Assembly: GCF_000142905.1 (NCBI RefSeq) | Contig: NW_013657632.1 | Coordinates: 62,001-126,000 of the forward strand | Direction of reading: 5' to 3' | Length of the DNA: 64,000 bases | Source: Thecamonas trahens ATCC 50062 | Lineage: Eukaryota; Protista; Apusomonadida | In this document: piece after piece, positions 1 through 9,975 of the stretch | Layout of the letters: each line of letters begins with the position of its first letter | Numbering within the stretch: the first letter of the stretch is position 1 | Made by a program: the position numbers and the translations under genes | Notes under the pieces: model-generated | What the model was told of the DNA's origin: nothing | Database searches by the model: none | The model's input: only the letters and a program-made list of their open reading frames with translations

Positions 1-2014
1 GAACGAGCCGTCGACGGCGACGGTGGCGTCGCTGGTGGCGTCGATCGGGCTCTTTGGTGCGGTGCTGTATATGATGCCGAGCCGTGAGGCTGCCGACGGC
101 GGCCCGCGCGAGATGACGTTCCAGGACTTTAAGCGCGACTACCTCTACACCGGCAAGGTCGACCGGCTGGAGGTGATGAACGGCGAACAGGTGCGGGTGT
201 TTGCGTACGACTATGTTCCTGGTGGGGCGGACGGGACAGAGAGCGTGGCGCTCGAGGAGACGCCCGGCACCTCGATAGGGCTGGGCAAGGCGCCCAAGTT
301 TGTGGGTGTTTTCTCGATCGGGTCTGTGGAGACGCTTGAGCGGCAGATGGACGAGGCGCAGTGGGAGCTGGCACTTGCGCCGGAGGACTACGTGCCGATC
401 ACGTACAAGTCGGAGATGATGATGTCGTCGATCATGATGGCAGCGCTTCCGACGCTTGTGCTCATCGGGTTCTGGATCTGGGCCATGCGGCGGTTTTCGG
501 GAGGCGGAGCCGGGCCAGGCGGACCGGGCGGCTCGGGACCGGGCTCGCTCCTCTCGATCACCAAGGCCAAGACGACGACGGCCGGGAGCGTGGCGGTCCC
601 GGTCAAGTTTGCAGACGTGGCCGGAATGGACGAGGCCAAGCAGGAGATTGTCGAGTTTGTCGAGTTCCTTAAGCACCCGAGCAAGTTTACGGAGCTCGGC
701 GCCAAGCCGCCCAAGGGCGCGATTCTTGTGGGCCCGCCGGGAACAGGCAAGACGATGCTGGCCAAGGCCATGGCTGGTGAGGCCGACGTGCCATTTTTCT
801 CCATCTCGGGCTCGGACTTTATCGAGATGTTCGTGGGCGTCGGCCCGTCACGGGTCCGCGACCTGTTCAAGCAGGCGCGGGCGACGACGCCGTCAATCAT
901 CTTTATCGACGAGATCGACGCGATCGGCAAGAAGCGGTCGTCGGGCGGGTTTTCGTCGGGCGGGTCGGACGAACGCGAGAACACACTCAATCAGCTGTTG
1001 GTGGAGATGGACGGATTCGACTCCAAGGACGAGGTGGTGGTGGTAGCGTCGACGAACCGGGTCGACATCCTCGATCCGGCGCTGCTGAGGCCAGGGCGAT
1101 TCGATCGCCAGATCGCGGTGGACAACCCGGACATTCGCGGGCGCGAGGACATTTTCAAGGTTCACCTGGCCAAGGTCAAGCTCGCCGAGACGGACAGCGC
1201 GGCCGTGGACAAGCTCCGCGCGCGGCTTGCCGAGCTCACGCCCGGCTTTTCCGGCGCCGACATTGCCAACGTCGTCAACGAGGCCGCTCTGCTTGCTGGG
1301 CGCTACAAGGCGTCGGGTGTCGAGTACTCACACTTTGAGGCGGCCATCGACCGGGTCATTGGCGGCCTCGAGCGGCGGTCGCGAGTGCTCTCGCCCGAGG
1401 AAAAGGTACGCGTTGCGTACCACGAGGCCGGCCACGCACTTGTGGGCTGGCTGCTGGAGCACACCGACCCGCTGCTCAAGGTCTCGATTGTTCCGCGCGG
1501 GCAGGCTGCACTCGGCTACGCGCAGTACGTGCCCAAGGAGCGGTTCTTGTACGCCGAGGAGGAGCTCCGTGACCGGATCTGTATGATGCTCGGCGGTCGG
1601 GTGGCCGAGGAGCTCAAGTTTGGCGTCATCTCGACCGGAGCCCGCGACGACCTTGACAAGGTGACCAAGCTCACCTACTCGCTCATCACCAAGTTTGGCT
1701 TTTCGCCGTCGATCGGCCAGCTCTCGTTCCCGGACCAGGGCGAGATGGAGTTTGAAAAGCCGTACTCGGAGGAGACCGCTGCAGCCATCGACCTCGAGGC
1801 CCGCGCCATCATCGATGACGCCTACGCCCGTACCAAGGACGTCATCGGCGCGCACATGGACAAGCTCGAGGAAATCGGCAAGCTGCTGATGGAGAAGGAG
1901 GTGATGCGGACCGACGACATGCTCGCCATCCTCGGCCCGCGGCCGCACGACCCGCCAGCCGAGCCAGAGACCAAGGCGTCGAGCGCCCCGGCGGCGCCGG
2001 CCGACTCGGCCTAG
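1..2014 (+). CDS. AFG3L2: Mitochondrial m-AAA protease subunit (AFG3L2/paraplegin, FtsH family), 5' end outside window
   Basis: Two TM helices, Walker A GPPGTGKT, Walker [23 protein letters not shown]41 zinc motif HEAGH. Confidence 0.93.
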   Translation, partial: NEPSTATVASLVASIGLFGAVLYMMPSREAADGGPREMTFQDFKRDYLYTGKVDRLEVMNGEQVRVFAYDYVPGGADGTESVALEETPGTSIGLGKAPKFVGVFSIGSVETLERQMDEAQWELALAPEDYVPITYKSEMMMSSIMMAALPTLVLIGFWIWAMRRFSGGGAGPGGPGGSGPGSLLSITKAKTTTAGSVAVPVKFADVAGMDEAKQEIVEFVEFLKHPSKFTELGAKPPKGAILVGPPGTGKTMLAKAMAGEADVPFFSISGSDFIEMFVGVGPSRVRDLFKQARATTPSIIFIDEIDAIGKKRSSGGFSSGGSDERENTLNQLLVEMDGFDSKDEVVVVASTNRVDILDPALLRPGRFDRQIAVDNPDIRGREDIFKVHLAKVKLAETDSAAVDKLRARLAELTPGFSGADIANVVNEAALLAGRYKASGVEYSHFEAAIDRVIGGLERRSRVLSPEEKVRVAYHEAGHALVGWLLEHTDPLLKVSIVPRGQAALGYAQYVPKERFLYAEEELRDRICMMLGGRVAEELKFGVISTGARDDLDKVTKLTYSLITKFGFSPSIGQLSFPDQGEMEFEKPYSEETAAAIDLEARAIIDDAYARTKDVIGAHMDKLEEIGKLLMEKEVMRTDDMLAILGPRPHDPPAEPETKASSAPAAPADSA

Positions 2015-3294
2015 CGCCGCAGCCGGCGCCGGCGCTTGGCTCCGCGCCGGACCGCAGTAGAGGCGCCGGCGCCCGCTACCGGGAGCCGGACCAGGGTCCG
2101 CGCGCCGAGCACGAGGTGCTCGATCAGGCCGCGGGTTGTCATGTCGCGGAGTACAAAGTCGAGGTGGAGCGGGAGCTTGGTCAGCGACGGAGTGGCGAGC
2201 AGCCTGCGCAGCTCGAGCTCCTTGTACTTTGTCGACTTGATGACCCGCAGCACCTGGCTCACGCTCTTGGTGTACGCCACAATAAACGACGCGCCGTACG
2301 GCATGGCCATCCACACCTGATGGACGCCCGACGGAACCACCAGCCCGGCCTTGACCAGCTCTTGCAGCAACACCGGTGCTTGGTCGGCGTCAGCCGCACG
2401 GGCGGCAATAGACTGCACCGCGTTGCCATCAAGAAGAGCGTCGAGCCCGCCAGCAGCAGTGGCGATGCGCTGCCAGGCACTCGGCAGTGGCTCTGGCAGC
2501 GGGCGAGCGAGCGCAGCAAAGAGAGCCGCCGGCGTCAGCGCCTTGGCGGGCAAAACCAGCGCCACGTTACACACAAAGGCGCGGAATAGGGCAAGCAGCG
2601 ATGAAGCAGCAGCAGAGGCGGTAGGCGTGGCCGTCGGCGCCGCGGCTGACGCAGACGTGCGCACAAGGACGCGGCGGATCTGATCGAGGTAGTCGTCCAT
2701 AGCCATGACAAAGACGGTGACGGGCTCCGAGGGAAGCGAGAAGACCCGGACACGGCCCTCACGCTTGGCCGCCTCCAGCTCGCGGTCGACGGTGGTGCGA
2801 TCACTGAGCATCGAGTAGAGCGCGTGCAGAGTGGTGATGCGCAGGGCCATGCCGGCCTTGCGCTCGAGGGCGGGCTTGGCGCTCTTGGTCACCATGCGGG
2901 CGAGGACAACCTCGGTGTCGGACGGGAGGCTTGTCGATGCCACCGCAGCAGCCCATTCATCGTCGGTGAGGAGCGCGGGTGCGGGTGTGGGAGCTGGCGG
3001 TGGAGGGGAGGGCGATGGCGGTGACGGCGGCGGCGAGGCTGTGCCCGTCGCCGTGGCTTGTGCAGCTTGTCGCTTGCGCTTGCGCGAGTCGAAGCCGAGC
3101 GGCCGGTGGGGGCTGAGGACATGTGGCCAGGTTAGCCGGTGTGTATACGTAGGGGAGTGGAGGGGAGGAGGGAGGGGGGGGGGGGGGGAAGGAGTCAGTT
3201 GTTGGGCCAGCACGTGAGCGCCGGAGAGTACGAGTCGCATTGGCACTCGGGTCGCCGCCGTACGCTGAGCTCAGGCGGGCGCCGAGTCGCGGCG
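2011..3294 (-). CDS. STK19: STK19-like winged-helix protein; main exon 3112-2011, intron 3263-3113, 31-nt exon 3294-3264; start codon unresolved
   Basis: LHALYSMLSDRTTVDRELEAAKREGRVR and C-terminal VIKSTKYKEL...LHLDFVLRDMTTRGLIE resemble the STK19 family; GTACGG donor, GCTAAC branch and CAG acceptor are in phase. Confidence 0.7.
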
Positions 3295-3377
3295 CTAAGG
3301 CGCGTGGCGATGCAGGGAGCGAGTTAGCCCTGTGATGCTGGTGAGGACATGAGAAGGAGGGGGGGGGGGGGGGGCAG

Positions 3378-4787
3378 TCACGGTGCAGGCGGATGAGACG
3401 AGGATGTGGCCGTGGATGAGTGCGGGTTGTCGCGAGGAAGGATGTCCGGGATCTCTGCGGCGATGCCATAGAGCAGCTGGTTGGTGAAGGTCTTCCAGAA
3501 CAGCGAGTTGGCCTCTGCGGGTGGGAGCTTGTTGATGTCAGGGATGTTGACAGGCAGCGGAGCAGAGGCGACGGCGGCCGGGATGCGGAGCGGCTCTGGC
3601 GGCGGGGTGGGCGGGCGCGGCGGCGGCTTGAGGACGGCCCAATCAAGTGAGGCTTTGAGGGCAATGACCTCGCCTCCAAGACGCTCGACCGAAGCGCCGA
3701 GTGAGCGCATGGCGGTGACCTTTGCGCGAGTCGTGTCGGCGACGGAGCGGACGAGGTCGCGGCGGAGAAGGCCCATTTCCTGGACGACGGTGGCCTCGGT
3801 GGCTCGGTTGTCGTGATAGCCGGTAAACTCAAAGGTGGGCGAGAGGGCACGGGTGGCCATGAGCGGGGTGGGCGCCGTCTGAGAACCTGAGTTGTCGAGA
3901 GGCTTGGCACCAGCAAGCAGGGCGCGGCGCTTAGCATTGGTGTGGATGGCGTCGGACGGCAGGTCGCCGACCTCGTAGACGGCGCGACGGCGCTTGGAAA
4001 GCTGGTGCAGGCGGTAGTCACGGAGGCGCTCACGAGCCAAGTCCCACTCGTCGGGAGACGGTTCACGGAGCTCGTCGGGCTTGGCCATCGACGGCGCATC
4101 CCACTTGCCAGCGGCGACGAGGCTCTTGCACGCCCCGCACGTCTCATAGTGCTGATTGAGGTGCTGTCTGTGGAGAGCCAGAGACTCAGCATGGCGCATG
4201 ATCTTGGCGGATGCGGCGCGGGCCGACTTGGGCCGCCAGCCGCAGTCGTCGTGCGGGCAGACGACGGCCTCGGTCGTCTCTTCCGTCCCGTCGTCGCCCG
4301 ACTCGTCCGAGCCCGACTCAGCCGAGCCGGCAGCCTGGATGCGCTCCTTGACGTCGGCCACCAGCCAGTCGACGTCCTGCGGCGGAATGGGCCGCGAGAC
4401 GAGCCACGGATAGAGCCGGTCCATCATGTCCCGCTCAAAGTCGCCTTCCTCCACCGCCAGCCAGCAGATTGGACACGACCGCGAGTCGGCGTTGAGCTTG
4501 GCAAAGTGGCCCTCGTGCACCGTCGCCGTCCGCATGTGCTTGAACGCCGACTTGCGCCGGTCGCGTTGCGACGCCGCGTTGGACCACCACCCGCACTCGG
4601 GATGCGGGCAGAGGCCTGCGTTGACGGCATCCTGGATGGCCGCCTCCACCTCGGCAAGCACCGACGGCGCCAGCGCCGACTTGGCTGCCACCGCAGGCCG
4701 CTCTTCGCTCTCGACCGCCCCGGCCTCCACAGCCGCCGCCTCGCTCTCGCCAGTCTCCATGGCAACCACCCCGGTCTCGTTGTCCAT
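3378..4787 (-). CDS. Hypothetical protein with two CPHxxCGW...H..H..H...CxxC zinc-binding repeats and a coiled coil
   Basis: Long ORF with coding-like composition; CPHPECGW...KHMRTATVHEGH...CPIC and CPHDDCGW...RHAESLALHRQH...CGAC. Confidence 0.65.
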   Translation of the reverse strand: MDNETGVVAMETGESEAAAVEAGAVESEERPAVAAKSALAPSVLAEVEAAIQDAVNAGLCPHPECGWWSNAASQRDRRKSAFKHMRTATVHEGHFAKLNADSRSCPICWLAVEEGDFERDMMDRLYPWLVSRPIPPQDVDWLVADVKERIQAAGSAESGSDESGDDGTEETTEAVVCPHDDCGWRPKSARAASAKIMRHAESLALHRQHLNQHYETCGACKSLVAAGKWDAPSMAKPDELREPSPDEWDLARERLRDYRLHQLSKRRRAVYEVGDLPSDAIHTNAKRRALLAGAKPLDNSGSQTAPTPLMATRALSPTFEFTGYHDNRATEATVVQEMGLLRRDLVRSVADTTRAKVTAMRSLGASVERLGGEVIALKASLDWAVLKPPPRPPTPPPEPLRIPAAVASAPLPVNIPDINKLPPAEANSLFWKTFTNQLLYGIAAEIPDILPRDNPHSSTATSSSHPPAP

Positions 4788-5084
4788 GGTGAGTGGAGGT
4801 GGGGAGGGTAGGAGGACAGGTGTGTGACTGGGCGTGATAGTGTGTGTCGCTGCGGTCGCAGGCGGGTGCGGTTGTCCCGGGACGGCGGCGGAGGGAGGGA
4901 GGGAGGGCCCGCCTGCCCAACTCATGCTACCGCAATCGGCTCGTGCTGGTGGCGAGTCGAAAACCGAGACCGAGTCGGATCGCCGTCTTCGAACAAACGA
5001 ATGGCGTGTGCGAATGGGATTGGGCGCGGGGCGAATCCAGCTCGCGTTGTTTTTCACAGACATCCTCTCTCTGTCTCAATCACA

Positions 5085-6035
5085 ATGGTAGGTGACCGCT
5101 CCGAGGGTGCTCCGGGAAGACAAGGGTGCAGAGCCGGGTGAGGACCAGGAAGCGCACCACATTCGCTTGCACCACGAGGATGTGTATGCTTGCGGTAGAA
5201 TACGTTGGGGTCCTTGCGCGTGGTCCCTGGCCCTTGGGTGTCTGTGTTGGATGCGGTGCTGTCAGACGCTGGCGATATTTTCGTCCGACTCGGACAGTCT
5301 GCACCGCCTCTAGCCGCACCTCTTGGCACTGCAACAGCCGTGCAAGCTCGGGCTCGGGCGCCGGGACGTGCGCTGTAGCCCCGTGCGCAGCTGCTGATCG
5401 GGTGCAGGCCAGCAGGCCACTGGGCGGCAAGGTGGCGTCGCACACAGAGTGTGTGATGCTGTGTTTTTGAATGAGCGAGTCGCAGCAGCAGCAGCTCGGC
5501 AAGGGTGACGGAGCGTGTGTGTGCAGAGAACGAGACTCACCAGCGAGCAACTTTGTCCTCCCACCCATCTCTTGCCGTACCACAGTCGTGCGTCGAGCCT
5601 GATAACTTCCAGCACATTCTCCGTGTCCTCAACACCAACGTTGACGGCAAGCGCAAGATCGTCTACGCGCTGACTGCCATCAAGGGTGTGGGCCGCCGGT
5701 TCTCCACCATGGTGTGCAAGAAGGCCGACATCGACACCACCAAGCGCGCCGGTGAGCTGACGCCCGAGGAGGTCGAGAAGGTTGTGGACATCATCACCGA
5801 CCCCATGAAGTTCAACATCCCCGAGTACTTCTTCAACCGCCAGCGCGACTTTGCCACCGGCAAGACCATGCAGCTGTACTCGAACAACGTCGACATGAAG
5901 CTCCGTGAGGACCTCGAGCGCCTCCGCAAGATCCGCGCCCACCGTGGTATCCGCCACCTGCTCGGCATCCCGGTCCGTGGCCAGCACACCAAGACCACCG
6001 GCCGCCACGGCCGCGTCGTCGCCATGCGCAAGTAG
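5085..6035 (+). CDS. RPS18: 40S ribosomal protein S18 (uS13); join(5085..5087,5586..6035)
   Basis: [17 protein letters not shown]...AIKGVGRRF...HRGIRH...[11 protein letters not shown]; ATG followed by GTAGGT donor, GACTCAC branch at 5534, CACAG acceptor at 5585. Confidence 0.95.
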
Positions 6036-6073
6036 GCATCATAAACCGAAAACAAAAGAACGTCTTTGCAATG

Positions 6074-6916
6074 CTACCTTGTCTTTATCGTCACATCGAC
6101 GCCAGCCAGCGACTCGTCCGCGTCCTGCGAGACGGTTGCAAAAAAGGCGAGCAGGACAGAGATGAGCCGCGACGGCGCCAGCGACGCGTCGCGCGCCGAC
6201 TGCATCGGCATGGTCACCACCGCCAGCTCGCCGCCTCCGACCGGTGGGCGCGCCGCACCTGGGCTTGCGTCGGCGGCCATCGTCCGCACGCTCTCGCCGC
6301 CCGAGCTGGCAGTCACCGACGCCGCGCCCGGCGCCGGATGCGCGGCGGCGTGCCGCGGCGGAATGAGCTCGTCGCTGCCCCACAGCAGCGGCTCGACCGC
6401 CAGCGTCAGGAGCCGGCCCGTTGCCATCCGCAACGAGAGCGAGCGGGCAGCAAAGCCGAGGCCGAGCCAACCGAGCACGCCCGGCGCCACCCGTGCATCC
6501 TCAATCAGCAGACCGTCGAGCGCAGAGAGCGGGATCTGCGAAGACTCGCCATCCGAGCTCACCGCAGGCACAATGACCGTGTCGCGCGCCTTGTCGAACG
6601 ACCACACCCGCGCCTGCCGCGGAATGAGCCACCGCGCCAGCGCCAGCGCCGTCGCCCCAATCGCTGCCACACTCACGCCCGCCGCAGCCATCACCCGTGC
6701 CTGCCGAACTTCACCCGCGCCCGCCGCAACCATGCTGCTGGTTGGCAACCACGGGCGGGCCCAGGTGAGGCAGGCGAGCCAGGCGCCGCCTGCGCCGGCG
6801 GCCACCACGCCCACCGACGCCGCAGCAAGCGCCATCTGGCCCGCAGGCGTCTCCAACGCCCGCGGGTGGACCTCAAGTCGCAGCTGGACAGGTAAGTGCG
6901 ACGCGTCGAGCCGCAT
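6074..6916 (-). CDS. Hypothetical membrane protein (start uncertain)
   Basis: ORF filling the RPS18-LC8 gap with two Ala/Val-rich hydrophobic segments; no family recognised. Confidence 0.45.
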   Translation of the reverse strand: MRLDASHLPVQLRLEVHPRALETPAGQMALAAASVGVVAAGAGGAWLACLTWARPWLPTSSMVAAGAGEVRQARVMAAAGVSVAAIGATALALARWLIPRQARVWSFDKARDTVIVPAVSSDGESSQIPLSALDGLLIEDARVAPGVLGWLGLGFAARSLSLRMATGRLLTLAVEPLLWGSDELIPPRHAAAHPAPGAASVTASSGGESVRTMAADASPGAARPPVGGGELAVVTMPMQSARDASLAPSRLISVLLAFFATVSQDADESLAGVDVTIKTR

Positions 6917-7104
6917 ACCAACGCCGTGGGGGAGGGCGAAGGGGTGGAGTGTGAGGAAGCTCGGGCTGTCGGCCGGGGAGAGGGGGGGACACGCGGGCAC
7001 TCGTCCCTGACGCAACTGGGTTGGACCAGAGGCAGCAGCAGACCAACGAGGCAGAGGACGAGGAGAGAGCAGCTCACGCACATACATACGTAGCTCTGTA
7101 CATC

Positions 7105-7591
7105 ATGGCAGCGCGCGAGACAGTGGTGGTCAAGTCCATCCAGATGACTGACGAGCAGCGTGACTACGCCATCGACTGCGCAACCAACGCCCTCATTGTA
7201 CGGAGCGTCAGAGGGGGAGGCAGGGAGGGGCGGGGGGGGGGAGGGGGGGAGGGGAGGGGGGAAGTAGGAATGGAGGGGGAAGGAAGGGGGGGAGGGAGGG
7301 AGGCGCAGCAGTGCTGAGGCAGGTTGTGTGCACGAGCCCGGTGGGAGAGACTGACGGTGGCGGCGACGGGGGGAAACGGGCGGGAAACGCGGGGCGGGCG
7401 ACGGACAGGACTTTAACAACGAGCATGACATGGCGTCGTCGATCAAGTACAAGTTTGACGACTTTTACGCGCCGACCTGGCACTGCATTGTCGGCCGCAA
7501 CTTTGGCTCCCATGTCACCCACGAGGTTGACCACTTTATCTACTTTTACATCGGACAGATGGGCTTCCTCCTGTTCAAGACCGGAAGCTAG
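7105..7591 (+). CDS. DYNLL: Dynein light chain, LC8 family; join(7105..7197,7409..7591), 91 aa
   Basis: Spliced product [31 protein letters not shown]|[60 protein letters not shown]; GTACGG...CAG intron. Confidence 0.93.
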
Positions 7592-8421
7592 AGCCGAGTA
7601 AAGCCCGCAACCGCCCGCTGCATCTTGACCAGCGCCGTAGCCCTCAGCCGCCATGCATAGTACTGCTTCGCGAGCTCATACTTGCCCTCGTCAGCCTCGA
7701 GCGTCCGCCGATCGTACGGCGCCCGCCCAGTGTGCTGCCAGGCGAGCGTGCCGTAGAGTCGCTCGCCGAGCGACAGTTTGGCCCGCCACGCCCTCCGCCG
7801 GCCCGCGACCTCCTCCAGCAGCGGAGCAGTCTCGCGATACGTCTTCCATCCCCGCCACACAGCCTGGATTCGGGCTGCGGCTTGGCTCCGCGTCGCCCTA
7901 GCCTGCGCAGCCGCCCGCCAGCGGGCCCACGCGCGAGTGACCACCCGCGAAGCAACCTGCGCCGAGACCTGTGCGCCCGCTCGCGCCACGGCCACCTTGG
8001 CCGCGGTCGACGACGTCAGCCTCGGCGCCCGCGACCGGTTTGTTGGTGATGGTGCCAGCTGCCGCCGTGCTGCCCGCCGCGCCAGCGCCCGCGCTACGCC
8101 TGGAAACGCTGCCGACGGCGACGCCGGCAGCGCAGGCGCCGCCGACGACTTTGGCGCGCTCGCCACTCCTGCACCTACGCCGGCACCGCCCCGGTCCTGC
8201 CCGCTCGCGTTGCGGCTGCTCTCGAGCGCAGCAAGTGGAAGCGGTGCAAGGACGCTTCGCGGAAGAGCTACTGTGTCGAGGCATGCCCGCGGCTCGCTGT
8301 CGAGCACCTCGGTCAGCTGCGCGTACAGTGCGCCGAGGACCGAGGCGTGGCGCTCGATCTCGGCTGCGATGGCGGCCTCGATGGCGGCAACGGCCGCGGC
8401 ACGGTCGCTGGCGGCAGCCAT
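7588..8421 (-). CDS. IQ-motif protein, function unknown
   Basis: [16 protein letters not shown] is a canonical IQ motif; N-terminal coiled coil. Confidence 0.65.
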   Translation of the reverse strand: MAAASDRAAAVAAIEAAIAAEIERHASVLGALYAQLTEVLDSEPRACLDTVALPRSVLAPLPLAALESSRNASGQDRGGAGVGAGVASAPKSSAAPALPASPSAAFPGVARALARRAARRQLAPSPTNRSRAPRLTSSTAAKVAVARAGAQVSAQVASRVVTRAWARWRAAAQARATRSQAAARIQAVWRGWKTYRETAPLLEEVAGRRRAWRAKLSLGERLYGTLAWQHTGRAPYDRRTLEADEGKYELAKQYYAWRLRATALVKMQRAVAGFTRL

Positions 8422-8517
8422 CCTGCTGGCGTTGCCGCTGCCGTCGGCGGTGCATGCACCTCCTAGCGCTGTCGCCGCAGGCCTTTCGCCCGCAGCGTGG
8501 CCCACTGCTCTCTGCAT

Positions 8518-9975
8518 ATGGCGGCGAGTCGAGTGGCCGGTGGCGTGGCGCCTGTGCCACGCGCCGAGCGCCCGCCAGGGGCAAGCCTCCTTGCGCTGCC
8601 TGCAGAGGTTCTGGTTGTTGTGATGGACGCGCTTCCGCTGCAGTCTGTCCTGGCGCTCCGTGCGACGTCGCGGCGACTGCACGAGGTAGTCCCGTTGGCG
8701 TCGCGGTGGTGGCGCGGCCCTGCGCTTGTCCTGGCGCCTGCCGCCGGTGCGGCCAGCCCGGCTTCCGTCGCCGCCGTCCTCGCCAACCGCCTTCCTGCCC
8801 GTCACCTCGATGTACTGCGGCTAGCGCCAGCCAAGCAAGTCGCGCTTGGGCATGCGCTGGATGACGTTGGCGTAGTCCTTGGCCGGCTCCGTAAGCTGGC
8901 TGTGTGCGAGCCGGCCGCCGCCGCGTGGGCGGCTGCCCAAGGCTCCGTCCTCGACCTCCACGTCGCCCAGCTGGCGATGAAGGCGGAGCGGAGGTGGGGA
9001 GACGAGCTGCTGAGTGACGCCACCCACTCGCTGGTGGTCTCGTCTGGACTGGCGCGGGCGACCATGTACGGATATCCGCGGCTCGACGACTTGGTAGTGG
9101 CGGCGGGCAGTCTGGTGCGGCTCGATTTGTCCGGTGTCATCCTCGGCGTCGGGCTCGCCTCGGACCTCTGCCCGTCGTTCACCGTCCTGAAAAGTCTTAC
9201 TCTCAACATCGTGAGACTTACAGAACTTGTGGGGCTTGTGGTTCCGCGAACGCCGGCCCTCTCTGTCTTGCGCGTTGCCGGCAAGCTTGTGGCGTCACAC
9301 AAAGACGACGACATGGCGCTGATCCTAGCGTGGGTGGCGGCCGAAGACGCCAAGTCCGGCGGGCAAGGACTGCGACAGCTAGAGGTCAACTCGAGCAAGC
9401 ATGTGAGCTGGAGCGCCGTTCGTGCGCTCATGATTGGCATGCCCCAGCTTCGCGTCGTCGGCATGCGGGATGTCCACTCGACGATGGACGGCAACGCGCG
9501 ATGCATCGAGGTTGCTGATAACAGCGAGCTTGCGAGCTTGGATCTCTCGTTCAACAAGCTCCTCCAGCATTGGCGACAGAACGTTGTGCTTGAAGGCTTG
9601 GTGCGACTCGACGTGTCGTACTGCTCGTTGCCGCGGGTGGCGCTGATCATGGTGCTCGAGGCGACGCCTGCGCTCGAAGCGCTCGAGGCGCGTGGCGAGT
9701 TTGCGGTCTCGGACTCGCTGGTCGACGATCTGAGTGATGTGTGGCAGAGCTCGCGGCTGCGGTACGTGGACGTTTCTGGGCGCGGTGGACGGATAACGGT
9801 CCGTGGGCTAGTTGCATGGCTGGAGCAGCTGGCGCAGATCAAGGTGCTTGACGTGCGCGGGCATGCCAAGCTGATGCGGCACGACGAGCTGGCGGACGCG
9901 CTGCGGGAAGAGTTTCCGCAAGTTGTAGTGAGGCTCGGGGGCAGCGGGGAGCGGAAGCATTTATCGTCTTGCTAG
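8518..9975 (+). CDS. F-box/leucine-rich repeat protein
   Basis: F-box LLALPAEVLVVVMDALPLQSVLALRATSRRL; LRRs LVRLDLS, LASLDLSFN, LVRLDVSYC, LRYVDVSG, IKVLDVRG. Confidence 0.85.
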   Translation: MAASRVAGGVAPVPRAERPPGASLLALPAEVLVVVMDALPLQSVLALRATSRRLHEVVPLASRWWRGPALVLAPAAGAASPASVAAVLANRLPARHLDVLRLAPAKQVALGHALDDVGVVLGRLRKLAVCEPAAAAWAAAQGSVLDLHVAQLAMKAERRWGDELLSDATHSLVVSSGLARATMYGYPRLDDLVVAAGSLVRLDLSGVILGVGLASDLCPSFTVLKSLTLNIVRLTELVGLVVPRTPALSVLRVAGKLVASHKDDDMALILAWVAAEDAKSGGQGLRQLEVNSSKHVSWSAVRALMIGMPQLRVVGMRDVHSTMDGNARCIEVADNSELASLDLSFNKLLQHWRQNVVLEGLVRLDVSYCSLPRVALIMVLEATPALEALEARGEFAVSDSLVDDLSDVWQSSRLRYVDVSGRGGRITVRGLVAWLEQLAQIKVLDVRGHAKLMRHDELADALREEFPQVVVRLGGSGERKHLSSC

